This document shows positions 57,910-64,000 of a stretch of DNA of 64,000 bases, in pieces. Under the pieces are notes generated by a model. It saw nothing but the letters and a program-made list of their open reading frames with translations, ran no database searches and was not told the origin of the DNA. Origin of the DNA: Spirochaetia bacterium (lineage in GTDB: Bacteria > Spirochaetota > Spirochaetia > UBA9216); contig CAXXYH010000003.1 of assembly GCA_963677925.2 (NCBI GenBank), positions 1,760,001-1,824,000 on the forward strand, read 5' to 3'. The position numbers and the translations under genes were made by a program. Each line of letters starts with the position of its first letter. Position 1 is the first letter of the stretch.

Positions 57910-58848
57910 ATGAACAATAATTCAAAAACCGGACAAGGAGTAAGGAATATCATTTTTATCATAATTGCAGCTGCAGTCCTTATCATCCTCCTATCAACAG
58001 CACCCTTTCTTATATCAGGAAAAGTTGATGCCGTACCGGTTTCTTTTTATTTTGAACAGAATACTCACCCGGACCACACCGGATATCATACCAGCGATTT
58101 CTCTGTAATGTCGCTTAATATCGGGCACGGCAGGGGCGGCGGCTTCCATCAGATGACACAGGGCCGGAAGAAAATCACATCCAATGCCGATTACATCTCT
58201 GAAATCGTGATGAAGGAAGACATAACGATTACCGCGCTGCAGGAAGTTGACGGACCGGGGCTCTGGAACGGCGGACTTGATTTGATTGAACACCTTGCTG
58301 AATCATCCGGTTATGCACACGGGATATGGACCAAGAATGTTGATATCCCGGCACTCAGCTACGGGACTGCGGTATTAAGCAGCCTCCCCTACTCAACCGC
58401 TGAATCTTTTACCTTCAGGGCAAGACCGGTAGTTCTTCCAAAAGGCTTCACGCTCGGAGTATTCAGAGTATCTGAAACTGACGACCGTCATGTCTGTGTG
58501 GTATCTGTCCATCTGGACCCGATATTCAGTTTGATGAGAAGAAAACAGGCTGATGCTATCATTGAAAAGCTTGCCGCATACGACTACCCTGTGATAATTG
58601 CCGGAGACTTCAACTGCGGATGGAGAACGGGCTCGGCTGTCCAGTATCTTGCCGAAAAACTCAACCTGCAGGCATGGGAGCCTGAATCAAAAAAATACCC
58701 GACAAGACTGCCGGGCAAAAGACGTCTGGACTGGATTTTAATCTCAGACGAAATGGAATTTGTTCATTATGAAACTCTGCCCTACATACTGTCGGATCAC
58801 TCCGCAGTAAGGGCAGATATACGTTTCAAAGAACAGCAGGTTTATTAA
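57910..58848 (+). CDS. membrane-anchored endonuclease/exonuclease/phosphatase-family protein
   Basis: SLNI, LQEVD, YGTAVLS, VHL, AGDFN, LDWI, SDH. Confidence 0.88.
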   Translation: MNNNSKTGQGVRNIIFIIIAAAVLIILLSTAPFLISGKVDAVPVSFYFEQNTHPDHTGYHTSDFSVMSLNIGHGRGGGFHQMTQGRKKITSNADYISEIVMKEDITITALQEVDGPGLWNGGLDLIEHLAESSGYAHGIWTKNVDIPALSYGTAVLSSLPYSTAESFTFRARPVVLPKGFTLGVFRVSETDDRHVCVVSVHLDPIFSLMRRKQADAIIEKLAAYDYPVIIAGDFNCGWRTGSAVQYLAEKLNLQAWEPESKKYPTRLPGKRRLDWILISDEMEFVHYETLPYILSDHSAVRADIRFKEQQVY

Positions 58849-59006
58849 TCTTCAGGTGAGAAATCATCCTTGGATGCGCCGCACATTGGACAAACCCAGT
58901 CTTCGGGGATATCTGCAAATGCAGTTCCAGCTGCTACACCGTTATCAGGATCACCTTCTGACGGATCATAAACATATCCGCATACATCACATACATACTT
59001 CTGCAT
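58845..59006 (-). CDS. rubredoxin (53 aa, absent from the ORF track)
   Basis: Manual translation [53 protein letters not shown]; AAGGAG SD. Confidence 0.95.
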   Translation of the reverse strand: MQKYVCDVCGYVYDPSEGDPDNGVAAGTAFADIPEDWVCPMCGASKDDFSPED

Positions 59007-59021
59007 CTTATTACTCCTTAA

Positions 59022-59405
59022 TTAGTTGCTTTTCCACAAACCGTGAAGGTTACAGTATTCACGGGCTGTTACATTATCATGGGCTCCACACATGAACTCA
59101 GCTACAGGCTGATCTCCGGGGGCCAGGAATTTCTTACCGCTCTTGCCGTCAAAATTAATCTCGATCCATTCAATAAAATGTTCATCAAGCATAGGATGGA
59201 GAGTACTTCCAACAGTCACCTTGTAACCGCCGTCGATAGCCTCGATCACAGGTACATGCTTTTCGGTTGATGAATCAGCTGCTTTTTCTTCCAGCTTATC
59301 CATTGGTTGTCCGCAGCAGACGAGATCGCCGCCGCCAGCATGCAGAACTTCTACGACATTACCGCAAAGACTGCATTTGTAAACTTCTTTTTTTTCTTTT
59401 GTCAT
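59022..59405 (-). CDS. dfx: desulfoferrodoxin (superoxide reductase)
   Basis: [36 protein letters not shown]. Confidence 0.95.
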   Translation of the reverse strand: MTKEKKEVYKCSLCGNVVEVLHAGGGDLVCCGQPMDKLEEKAADSSTEKHVPVIEAIDGGYKVTVGSTLHPMLDEHFIEWIEINFDGKSGKKFLAPGDQPVAEFMCGAHDNVTAREYCNLHGLWKSN

Positions 59406-59416
59406 TTGGCTCTCCT

Positions 59417-59992
59417 TTACCAGTTTTCACCAAGTATTTCAAAATATGCCTTCGGATGTGCACAGGCCGGACAAACTTCAGGGGCTGATTCCGCCTCATG
59501 AAGATAGCCGCAGTTTAGACATCTCCAGACTGTTTTTTCGCTTCTTTTAAAAACTTCTCCGCTTTCAATGTTAGCGAGAAGATCCTTGTATCGTTTTTCA
59601 TGCTGCTTTTCCGAAACACTTACAGCCTCATACATATCTGCAACAGCCTTAAAGCCTTCTTCCCTTGCAATTTTTGCAAAGCCCGGATAAAGGTCGGTCC
59701 ATTCTTCATTCTCGCCTGCTGCAGCTTCAGCAAGATTTTCCGCAGTTGTACCGATTTTTCCAGCAGGATATGAAGCAGTAATCTCTACCATTCCGCCCTC
59801 AAGGAATTTGAACATTCTTTTTGCATGTTCTTTTTCCTGATCTGCGGTTTCTTCAAATATCTTTGATATCTGAACATAACCTTCTTTTTTTGCTACGCTG
59901 GCGAAATAGGTATACCTGTTTCTTGCCTGAGACTCACCCGCGAAGGATTTAAGAAGACATTTTTCCGTCTCTGTACCTTTTAAATTACTCAT
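59417..59992 (-). CDS. rbr: rubrerythrin
   Basis: [37 protein letters not shown]. Confidence 0.96.
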   Translation of the reverse strand: MSNLKGTETEKCLLKSFAGESQARNRYTYFASVAKKEGYVQISKIFEETADQEKEHAKRMFKFLEGGMVEITASYPAGKIGTTAENLAEAAAGENEEWTDLYPGFAKIAREEGFKAVADMYEAVSVSEKQHEKRYKDLLANIESGEVFKRSEKTVWRCLNCGYLHEAESAPEVCPACAHPKAYFEILGENW

Positions 59993-60008
59993 TTTACCCT
60001 CTCTATGA

Positions 60009-60863
60009 TTAAATTAATTGATCTTCCAACTCTTTGTAGGTTAAATCAGGGTGGATTCCGATTCTCGACATACTAAAATCATATCTTACAGGATCCCCTT
60101 TGTCAAACTTTTTGAGGCTGTCAGTTATTTCAACGGCAGTTGTAAAATCTGCACTCTTTCTATTAGTGAGTCCCAGAAAGGTACTCACCTTCATTACATG
60201 GGTATCCACCGGGATAATCAGCTGGGATTTGTCCAGTTTCCACCCGCCCGGATCGATATTATCTGATCTTACCATCCATCGCAGAAAAAGGCTCTGTCTC
60301 TTGCAGGCGCTTCCACAGTCCGGGTTGGCGATAACGCTACGTCCCTCAGGGCGTTCACCGGCTGATTCACTGCAGCCGGATACTAACTTACCAGGCCTGC
60401 TGTAAATACTTTTATATATATTCCCGAGCCCCGCAGGAACAAGACCTGTATCAGGAGTCTTCTCAACGCCTGCGGAGAAGCAGTTCTCCAGAGAACCATA
60501 CTCAATATATATCCTGCGAAGACCGGCAAGGAATTTTCCAATATCAGATTCAGAATAAAACCGATACTTCATCCCCGCAGCCAGAGCCGTCAGCTCTGCC
60601 TCTGAACGGTTCACTAGCCCATCATAAGGACTGCCGAGACGTAAAAAAAGTTTTTCAAGAAAATCGAGGATCGCGTTTACACGGCCAAGTGCAAATGCAG
60701 CTGAAATAAAGGCCGAAGCTTCTATATCCTTAAAATCTGTATACCTAAGGGGAAAAATCAAGGGGTCCGGATTTATATACTCCGCTTTATGATACTTCCT
60801 GTAAAATCGTTCCAGTATTTCTGCTGTCTGCTCTTCGGTGAGATTTCTTACCGGTTTTGTCAT
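60009..60863 (-). CDS. TIGR02757/DUF2400-family protein (HhH-GPD-like)
   Basis: [33 protein letters not shown]. Confidence 0.85.
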   Translation of the reverse strand: MTKPVRNLTEEQTAEILERFYRKYHKAEYINPDPLIFPLRYTDFKDIEASAFISAAFALGRVNAILDFLEKLFLRLGSPYDGLVNRSEAELTALAAGMKYRFYSESDIGKFLAGLRRIYIEYGSLENCFSAGVEKTPDTGLVPAGLGNIYKSIYSRPGKLVSGCSESAGERPEGRSVIANPDCGSACKRQSLFLRWMVRSDNIDPGGWKLDKSQLIIPVDTHVMKVSTFLGLTNRKSADFTTAVEITDSLKKFDKGDPVRYDFSMSRIGIHPDLTYKELEDQLI

Positions 60864-60949
60864 ATAGATAAATTAAGGACTTTATTCAGGAAATTCAAGT
60901 ACAAATAATAATTTTATATAATTATATAGAATATTAACCATATACTAAT

Positions 60950-60992
60950 AAAAACGGTTTAAGACAGTTTTTATAGCTGCTGCCTTAAACCG
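60950..60992 (-). terminator. intrinsic terminator of the Rnf/Nqr-like operon
   Basis: CGGTTTAAG...CTTAAACCG stem with an A-run on the left. Confidence 0.75.
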
Positions 60993-61030
60993 CATTATAA
61001 TGCTGATATGATAGTGTGCTTATAAAAGCT

Positions 61031-61492
61031 TCAAATCTTTATGTCCTTTAAAAACAGCAGAACTTCCGGGTCAAGCCTGAAGAAACTGCCCTTCCCCTGA
61101 AAAAAACCGTGTTCCCTAATCAGGTGAATACCCAGATCAGTATAGAACATTTCTTCTTCGGTTTTTTTATTTGCCACGGTTATAACCGTTTTACGGAACA
61201 GCCCCGGATGATCAAAAGGACATGGAAGCTTGCCGCGTACAGAATCGGCTTTTACCATATAGTCACCCGAGATGCTGATAAAATCACCAAAGCCCTCAAG
61301 TGCTTTTTCCCGCAGGGCTTCCAGACTGTCGGCAATTTCATCACGAGTCAGCCCGATTTTTTCGAGAGTCATTGCATCATGATCGATTATCTCTTCGATG
61401 CTGCGGGAATCTTCACCCATAAAACCGTTAAGAGAAATAACTCCGGGTTTCATGTTTTCTATAATTTTATGCATTGCAGGATTTTCTTTCAT
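61031..61492 (-). CDS. hypothetical protein, last gene of the Rnf/Nqr-like operon
   Basis: GGAGG SD, 15 nt after the NqrF-like stop; motifs CPFDH and HLIREHGFFQG. Confidence 0.75.
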   Translation of the reverse strand: MKENPAMHKIIENMKPGVISLNGFMGEDSRSIEEIIDHDAMTLEKIGLTRDEIADSLEALREKALEGFGDFISISGDYMVKADSVRGKLPCPFDHPGLFRKTVITVANKKTEEEMFYTDLGIHLIREHGFFQGKGSFFRLDPEVLLFLKDIKI

Positions 61493-61507
61493 TTCTACCT
61501 CCGATCA

Positions 61508-62617
61508 TTAGGCGAATTTGTCATAATAAATCAGTTCTTCCGGAACACCCTTGGATGTCAGGACTTTTACACAGGCATCAATCATTCCGGGACTTCCGCA
61601 GAGATATGCTTCTACATTATCCCCGGAAGCAAGTGAATCAGCCACTGCATCGGTAACAAAACCGGTAGCCCCGTCCCAGTTATCCTCTTCAGATGGTTCG
61701 GATAATACCGGAATATATTTATAGTTTGGAAGCTTCTCACTGATTGCAGCCATTTCATCAGGAAGGACTAAATCTTTGCGGGTACGCGCTCCATAAAAAT
61801 ACTTTACATTCCGCTGGTTTCCGTTTTCTGCCATATCCAGCAGGATTGATTTAATCGGGGCATTTCCCGAACCTCCGGCGATACAGATGATATCCCGTTC
61901 GGTATCACGAAGAAAGAAATCACCGTATGGACCGTTCACAGTAACCTTATCACCCTCTTTTAGGAACTGGTGAACGTATGTAGTGCAAATTCCATTTGGA
62001 ACAAGACGAATCTCAAGCTCTACACTATCCTTCACAGATGGAGATGAAGAAATTGAGTAGGCCCGAAATACTGATTCATCGCTGAGTTTATATTCGGGAG
62101 TCATTATCTGGACAAACTGACCGGCCTTGAAGTTGATATCCTCGGGCTTGAGAAGCTTGAAAGTGATTTCCTTGATATCATGCGTAAGATCCTTGATGCT
62201 GGCAACCTCGGTCTGATACTGACGCACACTGAACAGCTCTTCAGGAATTTTGATCTCCATGTCATTCTTAACTTTAACCTGACAAGAAAGCCTTATCTTC
62301 TCAGCCTGCTCCTCCTTGCTTATCCAGGGAAGCTCGGTAGGCAGATACTGACCCGCGCCGTCAAGAACCCTGACCTTGCAGAGCCCGCATGAGCCGCGGC
62401 CGCCGCAGGCTGACGGAATAAATATCTCCTTCTCCATGAGCGTAGAAAGCAGGGTTCGTCCGCCCTTGACGGTGATATCCTTTTTGCCGTTGATATTGAT
62501 GTTAACCTCACCATAATTGGCAATGAAAGCATCTGCAACAACAAGAATTACCGCTAAAATTACTGTCAGGGCTGTAATGGCCCCGATGCTTATTAAAAGT
62601 GCTGATACAGAAAACAT
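61508..62617 (-). CDS. NqrF-like subunit: N-terminal TM + [2Fe-2S] + FAD/NAD-binding reductase
   Basis: SACGGRGSCGLC, RLSCQ, RAYSISS, GPYG, AGGSG, YLCGSP, YYDKF. Confidence 0.88.
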   Translation of the reverse strand: MFSVSALLISIGAITALTVILAVILVVADAFIANYGEVNININGKKDITVKGGRTLLSTLMEKEIFIPSACGGRGSCGLCKVRVLDGAGQYLPTELPWISKEEQAEKIRLSCQVKVKNDMEIKIPEELFSVRQYQTEVASIKDLTHDIKEITFKLLKPEDINFKAGQFVQIMTPEYKLSDESVFRAYSISSSPSVKDSVELEIRLVPNGICTTYVHQFLKEGDKVTVNGPYGDFFLRDTERDIICIAGGSGNAPIKSILLDMAENGNQRNVKYFYGARTRKDLVLPDEMAAISEKLPNYKYIPVLSEPSEEDNWDGATGFVTDAVADSLASGDNVEAYLCGSPGMIDACVKVLTSKGVPEELIYYDKFA

Positions 62618-62627
62618 CGAAACCTCC

Positions 62628-63215
62628 CTAACTTATATTTATCATTCCGGAAAAACCCATAAAGGCAAGGGCCATCATTCCGGCTATGATCAGCGTGATT
62701 CCCGGACCTTCAAGACCTTTAGGAACCGGAGCTGATGCTATCTTTTTCCTGATTCCGGCCATCGCAAGAATGGCAAGAAACCAGCCTACACCGCTTCCCA
62801 GTCCAAAGAAAAATGAAGAAATCAGATCATAATCACGGATTACCATAAAAAGGCTGACACCAAGGATAGCACAGTTTACAGTAATGAGCGGCAGAAAGAT
62901 TCCAAGTGCGGCATACAGACCTTCACTGACTCTTTCAATTATCATTTCAACCAGCTGAACAAAAGCGGCTATAACAACGATAAATACAATAAACCGAAGA
63001 TATTCCAGTCCAAGAGGTATCAGCAGGTAGTGATAGACTATCCAGTTTAAAAGTGTGGTCACAGCCATTACAAAGATGACCGCAGCGCCCAGACCTGTTG
63101 ATGTCTTAATTTCCTTTGAAACAGACAGAAAGGAACACATTCCAAGATAATTAGCAAGCAGAATGTTTCCGGTAAAAATTGAGCCGAAGAAAATGGCTAC
63201 TGGAAGCATGTTCAT
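62628..63215 (-). CDS. NqrE/RnfA-family membrane subunit
   Basis: YLGMCSFL, FIVVIAAFVQ, LPLITVNCAILG. Confidence 0.9.
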   Translation of the reverse strand: MNMLPVAIFFGSIFTGNILLANYLGMCSFLSVSKEIKTSTGLGAAVIFVMAVTTLLNWIVYHYLLIPLGLEYLRFIVFIVVIAAFVQLVEMIIERVSEGLYAALGIFLPLITVNCAILGVSLFMVIRDYDLISSFFFGLGSGVGWFLAILAMAGIRKKIASAPVPKGLEGPGITLIIAGMMALAFMGFSGMINIS

Positions 63216-63805
63216 TCTGACCTCCCTTTAACTATCCAGATAAAGATTGCCAGCATGAAGAAAGCACCGGGCGGCATAATCATGATTGCCCAGTTCGTCC
63301 ACCAGCTTCCGAAAACACTGATTCCCAGGATTGTTCCCGAGCCCAGCAGTTCCCTGAAAAAAGCAATTATTATCAGTACATATGAATAGCCGATTCCCGA
63401 TGCAAGACCGTCGATAAGACTCAGGCCCGGGGGATTGCTGGCAGCGAAGGCCTCCATACGGCCCATTACAATACAGTTGGTGATGATAAGTCCGACATAG
63501 GGTCCCAGCTGCTTCGAAATCTCGGGCAGATAGGCCTTAAGCACTATATCTACAATAATTACATATGTTGCAATGATGAGTGTTTCAACCATCATTCTGA
63601 TTCTGCCCGGTATAACCTTTCGAAGGGCTGAAAATGTGAATGATGAGAGTGCTGTTGTAAACAGAACTCCAAGTGTCATTACAATTGTATTTTCAAGTTT
63701 GTTTGTTACCGCAAGGGTTGAGCATATTCCCAGAATCTGTACAAAAACAGGGTTATCCTTTCCAAGCGGCGATATGAAGGTCTTAGCGATTTTTCCTGAT
63801 GCCAT
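63212..63805 (-). CDS. NqrD/RnfE-family membrane subunit
   Basis: NPVFVQILGICSTLAVT, VGLIITNCIVMGR, PPGAF. Confidence 0.9.
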   Translation of the reverse strand: MASGKIAKTFISPLGKDNPVFVQILGICSTLAVTNKLENTIVMTLGVLFTTALSSFTFSALRKVIPGRIRMMVETLIIATYVIIVDIVLKAYLPEISKQLGPYVGLIITNCIVMGRMEAFAASNPPGLSLIDGLASGIGYSYVLIIIAFFRELLGSGTILGISVFGSWWTNWAIMIMPPGAFFMLAIFIWIVKGRSE

Positions 63806-64000
63806 TACATTACCTCCTTTTCAATCTCTACGGCCTTTTCAACAGCCCTGTTAAAGATATCAAGAACATAGCCGCTGGTACGGGAAGCACCGGTAATGGC
63901 ATCTATCTCGGTATCAGTTGTCGGGGAACCTTCTGGAACCATAGTCAAAGGTCCGGTCTTACCGCGAAGCTGTTCCTTGAACCAGGTTTCAGTTATTCTG
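63805..64000 (-). CDS. 3' end of an NqrC/RnfG-family FMN-binding subunit (partial)
   Basis: Manual translation ...RITETWFKEQLRGK...IDAITGASRTS...EVM-stop; flavinylation motif TGAS; TAA overlaps the next ATG. Confidence 0.85.
   Translation of the reverse strand, partial: RITETWFKEQLRGKTGPLTMVPEGSPTTDTEIDAITGASRTSGYVLDIFNRAVEKAVEIEKEVM

Noticed and set aside
58856-59095. Plus-strand 79-aa His-rich ORF
   Set aside because: It is the antisense shadow of the rubredoxin and desulfoferrodoxin genes.
952-63854. Numerous short ORFs antisense to or nested in recognised genes (e.g. 2161-2616, 4159-4959, 19689-20360, 21109-21558, 49307-49855, 61109-61636)
   Set aside because: They shadow well-supported CDSs and show no recognisable motifs.
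1-64000. tRNA, rRNA, riboswitch, CRISPR array or IS element
   Set aside because: All intergenic gaps are short (under about 300 bp) and are explained by promoters or terminators. None was recognisable by eye, though an Infernal/Rfam scan would be needed to exclude small RNAs.

Overview
64-kb chromosomal window from an anaerobic, saccharolytic bacterium, most likely a free-living spirochaete (Spirochaetia). This is inferred from spirochaete-type signal peptides such as FAGGQQE, FAGGQKE and YANGSQE and from the gene repertoire. It is dense, mostly minus-strand metabolic DNA, and I saw no tRNA, rRNA, CRISPR array, IS or prophage. Left to right: start of a NuoE/NuoF-like operon; a cNMP-STAS protein; carbamate kinase; a LacI-controlled GH4 + ROK kinase unit; a ~12.5-kb DeoR-linked locus (sugar ABC transporter, ROK kinase, UPF0303 protein, YbiW-like glycyl radical enzyme and activase, atypical AroE-like and RmlD-like reductases); arfB; a PLP enzyme / SerA-like divergent pair, with the SerA-like gene frameshifted in an A9 run; a BMP/nucleoside-type ABC transporter with dehydrogenase-kinase-aldolase genes; OTC; a doubly flavinylated lipoprotein reductase; yajC-secD-secF; a two-component system with a membrane Fe-S protein and a DUF2202 ferritin-like protein; an OYE-family reductase; gabD; DeoR-Ldh2-malic enzyme; housekeeping hydrolases; rubrerythrin-desulfoferrodoxin-rubredoxin; and the 3' part of an Rnf/Nqr-hybrid operon. 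The best candidate for an undescribed system is a PTS-independent (ABC + dedicated ROK kinase) variant of YbiW-type radical anhydro-sugar catabolism. Three of its promoters share an operator motif, which also ties two orphan reductases to it. A second striking pattern is nine genes with a -10 hexamer exactly 6 nt before the ATG and no Shine-Dalgarno (probable leaderless mRNAs). All family assignments come from motif recognition, not database searches.
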